64,000 nt of DNA. It comes from Eledone cirrhosa. Its lineage: Eukaryota. The first letter of the stretch is position 1. The number at the start of each line of letters is the position of its first letter. The notes under the pieces are model-generated. The model was not told where the DNA came from. It made no database searches and saw only the letters and a program-made list of their open reading frames with translations. Where the stretch lies: assembly GCA_964016885.1 (NCBI GenBank), contig OZ024753.1:29512001-29576000 (forward strand), written 5' to 3'. This document shows, in pieces, positions 27,878 to 40,947 of the stretch. The position numbers and the translations under genes are program-made.

Positions 27878-28387
27878 TACTTGAAATTTAATCTCAAACT
27901 ATTCAATATCAATGACAACCGCATCAATTATTTGCATCCAGTTAAACAAATCCTCTCGTTTCAACATTATCCAAAGAGCCTCTTAATAAATATCAATAAT
28001 GACATTCGATGATTCCGACACACTAATAAATGAAGATATATAAGTATTTTGTCCTGGTAAACAATAAAATACACCAACATAAACTAATTACTTTTAAAAT
28101 GAATTAACTGTCATATCTTACAAGAATGAAAGTATTTTCGAAAACATTAATGTGAAAAACAAAATTATTTATCCATTCATTTTTACACACGCACGCTATA
28201 TACTGTCTGTTATAATTTGTAAATTAACGTAACACGATGGAAATTTTGTATTATTGCTGACAGGTATAAGCTAATCACTGTCAGCAATACATCAATATAA
28301 GTGTAAATGAGTATATATGCTGATATAAGCTTATATACAGCCAGCCAACTATCCACCATACACACACAAATACGTACATACATACAT

Positions 28388-28644
28388 GATGGCTGCAAAC
28401 TCTGCTAAGAGTAGTGCAATCGCTTGTAACAGATCCTGAACAAGTAATGCCTGTGCTTCGAAGGCTTTTTAAGTGGGGAAAGGCCTTGCACTCGACCAAT
28501 CCCACGAAAAGGAGAACTTGTCAACATCGGATGCTTCCGAACCGAAGGGGGTTTTTTTTCAGAGTTTCCCTCTCCTAGAAAGGTGTTGCGACAACTAGGG
28601 GCCTTTCACTCCCAGGTGGAAAAGAAATCTACTATTTGAAAGGA
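28388..28644 (-). mobile_element. Shorter relative of the RTE-derived bipartite element, in (TACA)n
   Basis: Shares TGGCTGC.AACTC, AATGCCTGTGC, GTCAACATC and CAGAGTTT.CCTCTCCTAGA with 28706-29310. Confidence 0.6.
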
Positions 28645-28705
28645 TACATACATACATACATACATACATACATACATACATACATACATACATACATACA
28701 TACAT

Positions 28706-29310
28706 GGTGGCTGCCAACTCGTTTTCGAGTACGGCCACTACTTTATATCCATGTAGGAGAACCTCTACCGATGCACTGAACGAGTGTGACTTTCTAGTCC
28801 AGCCAGTGACTTGAAAACTCTGGTACAAACACTACACTTGTGACAATTATTGACACATAGTGTGGGCCCATGGTACCATGCGACGACAAGTGCAGAGAGA
28901 TCTCCAGATATAAAGCAATGCCTGTGCCGTGAAGCTTTTATAGTGAGCAAAGGCACTGCACAAAGCCAGTCCCACTCTCTTAACCAAGATGATATTTACC
29001 AAAAAGAAGAACAAGTCAACATCATTGGATACCATCAGGGTTGCAGGTGTTATATCAGAGTTTTCCTCTCCTAGAATTCTGCCTTGACAAAGGCTAAGGG
29101 GTCATCTCTCCCGGTGATTTTGGATGGCCATTGACTCTTAAGAGCTCCTTTGCCCTTTGACAGGTTTTTTTTTAGTCCTGCAGGATGTCCAAAGTCACCC
29201 TCCTCACCAAGAAACCTTGGTGGGGTTGCCAGTTTAGTCGCCAACGAGCCGACCATGAGACAGGTTGTACTGGGATACATGTTACCAGTAGCACCAACTG
29301 GTGACCTGAC
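28706..29310 (-). mobile_element. Non-autonomous RTE-derived bipartite element (~605 bp) with (TATG)n tail
   Basis: Structured GC-rich 5' part joined to a C2H2-like terminus HKCSVCTRVFKSLAGLESHTRSVHR* and a short 3' UTR. (TACA)n on both sides. Second copy at 17092. Confidence 0.75.
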
Positions 29311-29405
29311 ATACATACATACATACATACATACATACATACATACATACATACATACATACATACATACATACATACATACATACATACATACATACAT
29401 ACATA

Positions 29406-29900
29406 CAGCAGATGCCAATATAATATCAAAGATTAGTGAAAAGGAGAATATTTATGCAGAACTGATGATAAAATCTGCAGATATTCCACCCTGATTACAT
29501 TTCAGATTTATGCCTGTGATTATTGGGGCACTGGAATATATTAGTAACTGCCTCAATACAAATCTTGAGAAGCTAGGCTTCACAGGAACAGAAAGAACAC
29601 AACTAGTTAGGAAATTACAAGTACAATCCATTAATGGAACAGTAAAAATATGTAAAACATTCCAAAAAATGTGTACATATACACATGTACAGATGCAAAG
29701 CATATACACATGCACACATACAACTCAAAACATACACATCCACACATACAATAACATCCATATCAACACATGCATGCATGCATACATACATATCTACCTA
29801 GTTGATGTGTAAATTCCAATGAAAGAGTCTTGTGTCTATGTTAGAAACCGACTCTCTCTCTCTATTGATAAAACTTTGTGAAATTATAAAACCAGAAGAA
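29406..29900 (+). mobile_element. 3' fragment of Dong-like family B in (TACA)n
   Basis: Near-identical to ~19456-19964 (ADANIISKISEKENIYAEL...GTVKICKTF plus 3' UTR). Confidence 0.9.
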
Positions 29901-29931
29901 CATACATACATATATATATATGTGTGTGTGT

Positions 29932-30053
<122 letters not shown>

Positions 30054-30201
30054 GTGTATAAAAGAGTCGGGACCCCAACGGCTGAGCTCTTGCTGTTTCA
30101 ACAGCTAGTTCTTTCATATTACCACACTCTACTACCCAAGTAGTATCGAGTTTCTAGTCAGTAATAGTCTAACAGGTTTTTACTGCATCCATTTTGATAT
30201 C

Positions 30202-30251
<50 letters not shown>

Positions 30252-30358
30252 AACAATATGTTGAAAAGGTTAGTGTATTCTAAAGTGCCCGGGATTTCCT
30301 CTCCTTTGAGCACATTATTTACAGGGAACGACGAGAGTCTATGGCTCCGTTAATGTAT

Positions 30359-30472
<114 letters not shown>

Positions 30473-30576
30473 GAAGATCCGAAAATCAGAGTAAAATCTG
30501 ATTTTCGCATCTTCCTGCAGAGCACACAACTTTCTATATATCGAATGGCGTAGTCAACATCAGAATATAATCTCAG

Positions 30577-30608
<32 letters not shown>

Positions 30609-30663
30609 CTGAGATTATATTATCGAGCCCTCTTTGGATTTTAGTCTTCAATTTTATTATTAT

Positions 30664-30715
<52 letters not shown>

Positions 30716-30797
30716 ATAATAATAAAATTGAAGACTAAAATCCAAAGAGGGCTCGATAAGGAAAATATATATCAAATATATAAGAACCGTAGAGCAA

Positions 30798-31234
30798 ATA
30801 TTTATTAAATAACAAATTAAAGTTTAAGCAAAGAATCGCTGCTTTCACCCTTAACGGGATCTTCTGAAACTAACAAAGTCAATCTGTAAACGCAGAACTG
30901 GATATTTCAAAAAACGTTGCAACCGGAGGAAGACATGTTTTCCTGCTTGGTACGGGTATGTTCTTTGTAGAAATATTCAGATGTTGTTTCTGCATGATGA
31001 ATATAAATCAGTAGAGTGCTCAACCGAAGGAGCCTTATTCATCATGCAGAAACAACATCTGAATATTTCTACAAAGAACATACCCGTACCAAGCAGGAAA
31101 ACATGTCTTCCTCCGGTTGCAACGTTTTTTGAAATATCCAGTTCTGCGTTTACAGATTGACTTTGTTAGTTTCAGAAGATCCCGTTAAGGGTGAAAGCAG
31201 CGATTCTTTGCTTAAACTTTAATCTGTTATTTTA

Positions 31235-31243
<9 letters not shown>
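30798..31243. mobile_element. Fold-back element: ~205-bp near-perfect inverted arms with a 32-bp spacer
   Basis: Arms at 30798-31003 and 31036-31243. Each carries a hammerhead-like motif. Pieces recur at 4960-5030, 20705-20755 and 63052-63172. Confidence 0.9.
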
Positions 31244-31278
<35 letters not shown>

Positions 31279-31374
31279 AGGTGCATTATTGGTTGTGTAA
31301 AATGGTCCAATAACTCTTTATGTTAGCAATATTAAGTTCTCCACTCTTATCAAGAATTTGAAGACAATTCATTT

Positions 31375-31448
31375 TCACCTGATGAGATCAGTGATAATCG
31401 ATCATGGCTTCACAATCGATCTATCTCTTATTGAAACATGTGTCGTGA
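31375..31448 (+). ncRNA. Minimal hammerhead ribozyme
   Basis: TCAC-CTGATGA-(imperfect stem II)-GAAAC-ATGT-GTC-GTGA. Confidence 0.7.
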
Positions 31449-31491
31449 TTAAATGATTGGAATTTTACCTTACCTTCGGATTTTCATTTTG

Positions 31492-31613
<122 letters not shown>

Positions 31614-32910
31614 TGTGCGTGTGTGAGAGAGAGTGTGGAGAGAGATAGATAGATAGAGAGAGTGGGGGGACAGAGAGAGGGGGGAGAAACAGAAGGAAGA
31701 GTGTATGAAAAATAGAAAGGGGGAGAAAGAAATATTCAGATCTCTTTCTATTAAAGAGAAACATAACAAAACAGAACTAAAATTATTATTATTAACTTAT
31801 ATAAGTCCAAGAATATTTTTTTGATTTAATTTAGACAATGGTAATAATTTCTCATACTCTTTACGGTTCTATATAATTAATGTCAGTTCAGGTTATTTTA
31901 AAATTTAAATATCATAGTTTCAGACATATTTTAGTTTCCTAATATATTTCCAGAAATGTTCCTTCACTCGATGAGTAAATATCGATTTTTGTTTTCGAAA
32001 TGTACCCTGGTGACTTCACAAGACACTTACTCATTCTCGCTATAAACATTTTAATGGTTTATTTTCAGCTTGATGACTTTTGATAAATGACATGTTTTTG
32101 TTTGTTTCTTTGACCGGAAGAGATAACCTTATATTTGACCGGAAGAGATAACCTTATATAAATACATTCAGGGTGATGTCATTGTGTTTACGGTATATTT
32201 CATATATTTATTTATTTATTGCTTCTCTCATTGTAAAATAATTCTATTGATCGATAATTTAATAAGCTGGGATTTTTAGTGTGGTATGTCATATATTATA
32301 TTTGTAGCTTGTCACAAGCTTTGTATTATGTTAGTATTTAGGCGATTTGAAAGCAATTTGCGTTACTCGACTTTAGTTCACATGCTGCAATAACTGAGTT
32401 ATATGTCATTTGTTGTGAGGAAATATCGAAGAAATGGCAGAGTCGTGACGTGAATGATAATTTCTTAGCCTTTCCACAGAACCGATTCCCAGAGAGAGGC
32501 GAGGATTAATCAACTTCAGTACTCGATTGACACCGATGTGATTGAAAGTAAAATTGGTTTCCATGGGGTTTGGAATCAAGGTACGAAAAGAAAAACTGCC
32601 GTATCCCATTGAATTCTATGCTTTACAACCCTGCTAATTCTCAGTCTTTCCGCAGACATGAAATGACTAAATAATTGAATATATGATACTAACCATGCCT
32701 TACTGTACTTCTCTCTATGAAACACAAAATACAATTATTGTCATTATATGAGTGGCTTTTGATATGCCACTGGTTTTATTTACTATAGTAAAGTCATTCT
32801 CTGTCGAATATGAGAAGTGTGGGAGACCTTTCATGGTCGTTCTACCAGATCTCCCTATCGTCTTAAAAAGAAGAACATTTTGGATAATATAGTCCTAGGT
32901 ATATACAAAG

Positions 32911-33253
32911 AGGCGGCGAATTGGCAGAGTTGTTAAAACGATGGATAGAATGCTTTGATATTCGTTCCTGCTCTTTGCTCTCTGAGTTCAAATCCCGCCA
33001 AGGTCAACTTTGCTTTTCATCCTTTGAAAGTCGATAAAAAAAAGTACCAGTCTAGTACTGGGGCCGATTCTTCTTCTCTGTCTCTTTCTCACTTCCATTC
33101 TTTCATTCTCTCTCTCTGTCTATCCTTCTCTAGAAGAAATCTGCTGTCATTATACGATAAAATAAAGTACGAGTAACACACTGGGGGTTGATTTAGTCAA
33201 CTTTCCCGTCTCGCCCCAAATTGCTGGCCTTGTGCCAAAATCAGAAACCATTA
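32911..33253 (+). mobile_element. SINE (alternative-tail subfamily) plus main-family tail
   Basis: GGCGGCGAATTGGCAGAG head, GAGTTCAAATCC, core and GAAGAAATCTGCTG tail. Confidence 0.8.
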
Positions 33254-33708
33254 TATATGACATGACTTGCATCGTGGATCATGCTAGTTTAAACTAATTG
33301 ATTTACATTTTCAATACAAGCTCCCAATACCAACAACAGCATGGAGAAATGAATCGCAAAACATAACGAACAGAAGAAACAAAAAAAAAAAAATTCCTTT
33401 TTTAGAAGGAAAAAAAATGAAGTAAATTTATTTATAATCAAACACACCACAAACATCAAATAAAAGGTCGGCTTTTCATAGTTCAATGGTATTCTTGTCT
33501 GGTAGCATCATCTGTTGTTTAATCAGACTTATCGAAGTGAACGAGATTAATATATGGCATTATTATTATTATTATTATTATCATTATTTTATAATATATT
33601 TTTATATTTTTTTGTATTTTTTACGCCTTACATATGTAAACCCCCCACTGCCCCTGTCTATTGCATTGCACCCTATATGTAGGCCCTTGTGTTCAATAAA
33701 GAAATCAC

Positions 33709-33745
<37 letters not shown>

Positions 33746-34199
33746 GTCATCCTTGTCTTCATCATTATCATCATCATTATCATCATCATTTTCGCCATCA
33801 TCATCATCATCATTTCACCATCATCTCATTCATTCTCAATATGATTGTTTAATCTAAAATGTTCTCTAAGGCTGTCTGACTGTTTTATATTCAATTTCAC
33901 GCTTAGCTTGCGGGAATCTCAACGTCGATGATTTGTCAGAAGTGAGGTTCTTTTGAGGAGCCTAAAAGAATCTGATCTCCTCTCCTCCTTTTTAAACATA
34001 GATTATTGTCCCCACCCCACCCCTTTCTCTGACAACGTTTCAGACCATACATACATATATATATATATGTGTGTGTGTGTGTGTATAGTTAAATGAAAAA
34101 TATTTAATATTTATTTATACATAGTATATATTATATTATTTATAATATATAAATTAACGATTTTATTTTTTATATATTATTTACAATTCGCGTGTAGGC

Positions 34200-34288
34200 A
34201 GGTCTCTCTGGAAATAGGGTTGGGCGGGTACTGAGATAATTACGTGGCCGTGAGGGATGCGGTGGCCAAAAAAATTTGAGAACCTCTG
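34200..34288. mobile_element. hAT (Charlie-like) terminal fragment
   Basis: Ends AAAATTTGAGAACCTCTG (reverse complement CAGAGGTTCTCAAA), followed by TTCTAGAT, matching the NTCTAGAN Charlie target. The other end is not found. Confidence 0.6.
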
Positions 34289-34545
34289 TTCTAGATTGTT
34301 ATTTATGAAGTTCTTGTTATTTAATCCCAATTTACTTTGCCCATAAAGCAGACTCTTGATCAAAAATGTTCCAGCCAAGCCCACCCTGTCATTATTACTT
34401 ATCCTCGACTTCGTTATACAGCATGCTCTTCCTTCTTTAGGATGATAGAGTTTGATTTGTAGCGGCATTTGGTAGTTATTTCTAAGTGTTTGTCGGCTTC
34501 TTAGATTGTCATGTTTATAAACAAAAAAACATTTTCTTTCTATAT

Positions 34546-34975
34546 GGCATGTTACTGATTCAGCTATCATTGCTAAAATATTTAATAACTACTCTTTATA
34601 GTCTTCTTAATAACATTATAATCGCAATAACATTATTTACGTAAAATACTTGGTAGCCATATTTCAAATGTAGCTATTCACCTCCCATAGATCTAACGAT
34701 ATCCAACATAAGTGCATATTTATCAAAATACTGAATTTGTAAAGAACTAGCCTAAATATTTAATATATCTTTTTTTATAAAAGAACCTTTTTATTAATTT
34801 AGAAATAGACAAAGACATATCAGTCTTTATGGGCTTATATCCCTGCTAACTTTTAATATATCTTTTTTGACAAAAGAACCTTTTTAATAATTTAGAAATA
34901 GACAAAGAAATATCAGTCTTCAAGAAGATTACCAACTAAAATTCAATAGTTATGGGCGTACATCTCTGCTAACTT
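34546..34975 (+). repeat. Dispersed direct repeat, copy 1
   Basis: Matches 39513-39852, with an extra internal ~95-bp duplication. Confidence 0.9.
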
Positions 34976-35504
34976 TTTAATATATCTTTTTTTGACAACA
35001 GAACCTTTGTATTAATTTTCTACTTCAGACTTCCTTTAGAAATAAACAACTTTGTAATTTGACTTGACGACGTAGTATCAAGTCCGTATCTCCTTTTCGA
35101 AAGAATAAAATATGAAAATGCATGTAATTGCCATATGTTCGGATTAAAATAATCACTTGGCTTTTTTTTTTCTTTCTGCAATTAACAAATTGGCGTTATC
35201 TTTGCATTGTCACGTATTAATTGAAATGTTTTGTTTGTGTGATCGTTAATATTGTTATTTTTGGTTAACGTTAATGCTGTTCTTAGATGCTTTCTTTCGA
35301 AGCAACTTGTATTTATCAAACATTGCTATTGTTCTCGCTGCCATTGTTTTACCAATGTTACATCAATTGGTTCTGTCGTATGTCTGCCAAATTCTTTCTC
35401 GTTTTCTTTTCAAAATGTAATGTTCTTTTATCAGCTTGTAACAATAGTGGCATCATAAGTGTTTACTGATTTCTCTCTTTTTGTTTACTTTTATTTATTT
35501 ATTT

Positions 35505-35870
35505 ATGTTGTTGTTGCGGTGGTTGTAGTTGTTGTTTTTGTTGTTGTTGTCGTTGTTGTTGTTGTGGTTGTGGTTGTGGTTGTTGTCATTGTTGTTGTGG
35601 TTGTGGTTGTTGTCATTGTTGTGGTGGTGGTGGTGGTTGTTGTTTTTGTTGTTGTAATTGTTGTTGTTATTGTGGTTGCTGTGGTTGTTGTTGTGGTTGT
35701 TGTTTTTGTTGTTGTTGTTATTGCTGTTGTGGTTGTGGTTGTTATTGTTGTGGTGGTGGTGGTTGTTGTTTTTGTTGTTGTGGTTGTGGTTGTGGTTGTT
35801 GTTGTTGTTTTGGTGGTGGTGGTGGTGGTTGTTGTTATTGTTGTGGTTGTTGTTGTCGTTGTACTTATTT
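35505..35870. repeat. (GTT/GTG)n trinucleotide repeat
   Basis: Directly visible. Confidence 0.9.
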
Positions 35871-35967
35871 TCTTGGTAGTTAGCAGATGTTTTATTTCTT
35901 TGAAAAACAAAAACAAAAAAAATCATGCAATAATAATGGTTAAGATGACGATGATGATGATAATGAT

Positions 35968-36650
35968 AGTGGTGGTGGTGTTAATGATGAGGATGGTGGT
36001 TATGGTGGTGGTATTAATGATGAGGATGATGGTTATGGTGGTGGTGTTAATGATGAGGATGATGGTTATGGTGGTGGTGTTAATGATGAGGATGGTGGTT
36101 ATGGTGGTGGTGTTAATGATGAGGATGGTGGTTATGGTGGTGGTGTTAATGATGAGGATGGTGGTTATGGTGGTGGTGTTAATGATGAGGATGGTGGTTA
36201 TGGTGGTGGTGTTAATGATGAGGATGGTGGTTATGGTGGTGGTGTTAATGATGAGGATGATGGTTATGGTGGTGGTGTTAATGATGAGGATGATGGTTAT
36301 GGTGGTGGTGTTAATGATGAGGATGATGGTTATGGTGGTGGTGTTAATGATGAGGATGATGGTTATGGTGGTGGTGTTAATGATGAGGATGGTGGTTATG
36401 GTGGTGGTGTTAATGATGAGGATGATGGTTATGGTGGTGGTGTTAATGATGAGGATGGTGGTTATGGTGGTGGTGTTAATGATGAGGATGATGGTTATGG
36501 TGGTGGTGTTAATGATGAGGATGATGGTTATGGTGGTGGTGTTAATGATGAGGATGGTGGTTATGGTGGTGGTGTTAATGATGAGGATGATGGTTATGGT
36601 GGTGGTGTTAATGATGAGGATGGTGGTTATGGTGGTGGTGTTAATGATGA
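35968..36650. repeat. 33-bp minisatellite, ~21 copies
   Basis: GGTGGTGGTGTTAATGATGAGGATG(G/A)TGGTTAT, followed by (GAT/GGT)n to ~37062. Confidence 0.95.
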
Positions 36651-36958
36651 ATATGATGAGGATTGGGTGATGACGATGGTGATGATGGTGGTGGTGTTAA
36701 TGATCATAATGATGATTATGATGATGAAGGGATGATGATGATGATCGTGATGGTGATGGGTTGGTGATGAGGATGATAATTATGATGGTGGTGGCGGTGG
36801 TGATTATGATGATCATGGTAATAATGATTGTGATGATGATGATGATCGTGATGATGATGATGGTGGTAATGATGATGGTGATGATGATGGTAATGATGAT
36901 GATGGTGGTGATGATGATGGTGATGATGATGGTGATGAGGATGATGATGATGATGGTG

Positions 36959-36990
<32 letters not shown>

Positions 36991-37171
36991 GGTGATGATG
37001 ATGGTGATGATGATGGTGATGAGGATGACAATGATGATGATGATGATGATGACCGTGATGATGTTTACTCACTGCCAGAGAATTCTATCAAACAAGTATT
37101 TCTTGGTCGTATTTATCTATATTTTTATAATTAAACTTTATGCATTAATGGGTTAATATAACGACTATCAA

Positions 37172-37354
37172 TATTTGTTTCTACTTTTGGCACAAGGCCA
37201 GCAATTACCCAGTGTATTACTGGTACTTTATTTTATCGACCCCGTAAGGATGAAAGGCAAAGTTAACCTCGGCTGGATTTGAACTCAGAATGGCAAGGGC
37301 CGTAACTCTATGCGTCAAAGCATGGCGTCCGACCGTCTACCGATACTGCCAATT
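37172..37354 (-). mobile_element. tRNA-derived SINE (main family)
   Basis: Reverse copy of the 8274 type. Confidence 0.9.
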
Positions 37355-37411
37355 AATAATGTTGATTTACAAAGGCGGCAATACTGTTGTTGTTGTTGTT
37401 GTCGCCGTCGT

Positions 37412-37442
<31 letters not shown>

Positions 37443-38429
37443 TTTGTTGTCGTTGCTGTTGTTGTTGGCGTCATTGCTGCTGTTGTTGTTGTTACTGTCG
37501 TTGTTGCTGTTGTTGTTGTTGTTGCTTTAGTAATTGTTATGGTTGTTGTTCTTGTTGTTGTTGTTCTTGTTGTTATTGCTGTTGTTGTTGTTGTTGTTGC
37601 TATTGCTGTTGTTGTTGTTGCTGTAGTAATTGTTATAGTTTTGTTGTTGTTGTTGTTGTTGCTGTTGTTGTTGTGTTTGCTGCTGTCGTTGTGGTTGCTG
37701 CTGTCTTTACTGTTGTTGTTGCTGCTGTTTGTGTAGCTTGTGTTGTAATTATCGTCAGGATTCTTATATGTTGTGTATTGGATTACATCCTATTCTTCTT
37801 CTTCTTCTTCTTCTTCTTCTTCTTCTTCTTGTATATCTATTGTGAAGAATGGCGTTGTTTCTTTTTGTCTTCTCATCAAACTTGTTTGTGTCGTTATTTA
37901 TATTTAACTGTAATAAATAACCAGTGTATTTCCAAGTTCTAGACTATTAGTCTAGAGTTAATGAAGATAAATTTAATGATATGTATCCCCACCACGCATC
38001 GAAAATAATAAAAGAACAAACTAACGAAGAGAAGAAAAAAATAATTCCCTTTGGTGATTTCGATATTAACTGGCAGATCGTTAATATCAATAGGTCTGTT
38101 GTTAATGTTTTGGATAGTCTAGATTTATATTATTGTCTCAATCCAACATTATATATTTAATAAGGGGTCAATGGTAGCATAATAACTTTACAAATTCGTC
38201 AAGATATGAAATGTATTCTGGGTGTCTGAACATCCACAGTAATTTTAATTAATTATGCATATACATAGATGCTGCAGAAAAGCGTATAATACAATTAAGA
38301 AGAGAAACTTTATTGAATTTATTTTCTACTTGATTGTGAAAATAAAGACTAGACTAAGCCTGTGTAGATGTTTCAAATATTTGTTTAACCCTGCTTCACA
38401 CATTGTATTGTATGTATGGTATGGTTCCG

Positions 38430-38749
38430 TAACTCATGATAGAGTCGGAGGGGTGCCGTATTGACATACGGGTTTCTTGGGCATTTTAAGCCTGGGGGAG
38501 CCCATCCCTCTCCAGGCCTGAGTACAGCAGATTTCTTCCAGAGAAAAATAGAAAATGAGAGAGAGGAAATGAGAAAGAGATATAGAGGAAGAATCGACCC
38601 CAGTACAAGATTGGTACTTTTCTATCGACCTCGAAGGGATGAAAGACAAAGTTGACCTCGGTGGGATTTGAACTCAGAGAGCAGAAAACCGGAATGAATA
38701 CCATAAAGCATTCTATCCGACGTTTTAACGACTCTGCCAATTCGCCGCC
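38430..38749 (-). mobile_element. SINE (alternative-tail subfamily)
   Basis: Reverse copy of the 10452 type with a complete head. Confidence 0.8.
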
Positions 38750-39512
38750 TGCTTCACACATTACTGCTGGATATACATTTTCCCATGTTTAGAATTAGCA
38801 AAAGCTAAATAAAACTATCTATAAACCATGGATAATATCTAATATTTTACACAGAACAAGAAAACTAAACAAAGATATAACCGCTATTTGCTAGCAGTAG
38901 GCACCAAATCTCTTTCTGATAACAACCTACCTTCTTAAAACTTACTAGCCAACATAGTCTAGAGTCTGTCTTAAGCCAGAAGGCTCCTTATGCCAATGTT
39001 CATCCCGATTCCATCTCTCCCTGGACAAGACACCAGGGTTAAACTCCCCGCTATTGTTAGTACTCATTTTCAGCTAAGTATACTGGAGCAATGTGAAATG
39101 AAGTGTTATGCTCAAGAACACAACACGCAACCGAGCCCAGGAATCGAACCTACGACATTATGATCGTAGGTCCAACACCCTTTCTACTAGGTCAAGCGCC
39201 TCCACATAGCCCAGTTGTATTGTATCTGAACATAATATGGGATTATCATAGATGCAATGCTTCTAAACATATGTCTGCTCAATTCTGACTGACTTGGTAC
39301 TAAATAATAATAGTAAACCATAATATATAGAGCTAAAAGTATCAGTGTATGTCAGAGAACAGCTAATAATGTTCTCTTTTTTTAAATGTATACACACTTA
39401 TTCAATAGATTTCTTTCACGATAGCCATTGGAATATAAAGAAGCCCTGCCATAGAATGAATTCTGTTGTCTATTCAATATTTGAAACTTTCTTTCTATAT
39501 GTTCAATAAATG

Positions 39513-39852
39513 GGCATGTTACTGATTCAGCTATCATTGCTAAAATATTTAATAACTACTCTTTATAGTCTTCTTAATAACATTATAATCACAATAACAT
39601 TCTTTACGTAATACTTACGTAATATTTCAAATGTAGCTAATCACCTCCCACAGATTTAGCGATGTCCAACATACGTACATATTTATGAAAATACTGAATT
39701 TGTAAAGAACTAGCCTAAATATTTAATATATATATATTTTTTTCGGGGGGACAAAAGAACCTTTTTATTAATTTAAAAATAGACAAAGAAATATCAGTCT
39801 TCAAGAAGATTACCAACTAAAATTCAATAACTACGGTCTTATATCTCTGCTA
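39513..39852 (+). repeat. Dispersed direct repeat, copy 2
   Basis: Matches 34546-34975. Confidence 0.9.
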
Positions 39853-40511
39853 TCTTTAGAACATCCTAAAGGAATCTTGTGAAGATAATACACCCACGTT
39901 ATAACCCTTTCTTGAAAAGTATTAGTGATTTTAATCTATCCTCTTTGGCGTTCAAACGAACTGAAAGTGTATGTATTGATTAATATCACTGTCGATGAGA
40001 TTAATAACTATATATTTTTCAACACACTAGTGCGTATAAATGTAGTCGGATTCAAGACGTTTCGGTGATCAGTAGTAACCATCTGTTGATTTTATGAAGT
40101 AAGGAAGCCGATCACTCCCACCTAATAATCGATAGGTGTCTATTTTATCGATCTCGAAATGATAAAAGGGAAAGTTTGCATCAATGGGATTTGAACATAG
40201 AACATAAACCATCGTAAACTAAACACCGCATGGCATTTTATCTTATGCTTTAAGGATTTTACCAATTCACCTCATTTTCTGGTCAATAAAGTACTTGAAA
40301 GAATACGCAACCAATAAATATTTTATATGTAACTTTTATAGGCTATTAAATAACTGTCAACAAATTCCTTCTATTATTTCATGACAGTCATAACCATTGC
40401 TCCTTGACGTTGAAGGAAATTCCAATATATCTAAAATAAATAGTTTGTTGTTTTGATTAATGAAAGTCTAAATTGGAAGAAGGTACATATCAACTTTCCA
40501 CCATCTAAAGT

Positions 40512-40792
40512 TTCTTCTTCTTCTTCTTCTTCTTCTTCTTCTTCTTCTTCTTCCTTTTCCTCTTCTTCTTCTTCTTCTTCTTCTTCTTCTTCTTCTGCCA
40601 CTTATTCCCGCAGAGTTCTCAAACACTCTTTCCAGTTGTTTATGTAAGAAGCAACCGTCTCCAACTGATCCGGCTGGATCCCTAAGCGTTACCAGCCAAG
40701 CTCATGGATGTTATCCAACCATCTTCCTCAATACTCCTGAGTCTCTTGCCGGTTGGTTTTTCCCGTAAAATCTGTCCAGCGATTCTTTCCTT
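40512..40792 (-). mobile_element. RTE-clade LINE 3' fragment with (GAA)n tail
   Basis: Minus strand encodes KPTGKR...RWLDNIHELGW*RLGIQPDQLETVA...W, followed by (GAA)n. Confidence 0.65.
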
Positions 40793-40814
40793 GAAAAATA
40801 AATGTGACTGTGTT

Positions 40815-40947
40815 TACGTCCCTTTACGATCTGAGTTCAAATCCCGCCGAGGTTGACTTTGCCTTTCATCCTTACGGGGTCGATAAAATAAAGTACCAGT
40901 AATGCACTGGGTAATTGCTGGCCTTGTGCCTAAAGTAGAAACAGTTA
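40815..40947 (+). mobile_element. 5'-truncated SINE (main family)
   Basis: B box, core and tail present. Confidence 0.85.

Noticed and set aside
27890-28160. Decayed PLE RT fragments (KSLLININNDIR here; PTNIKKTI on minus ~6030-6055)
   Set aside because: Only one short motif each, amid stops.
33926-33976. Box C/D snoRNA
   Set aside because: The C box is imperfect (ATGATTT), the span is short and there is no convincing terminal stem.
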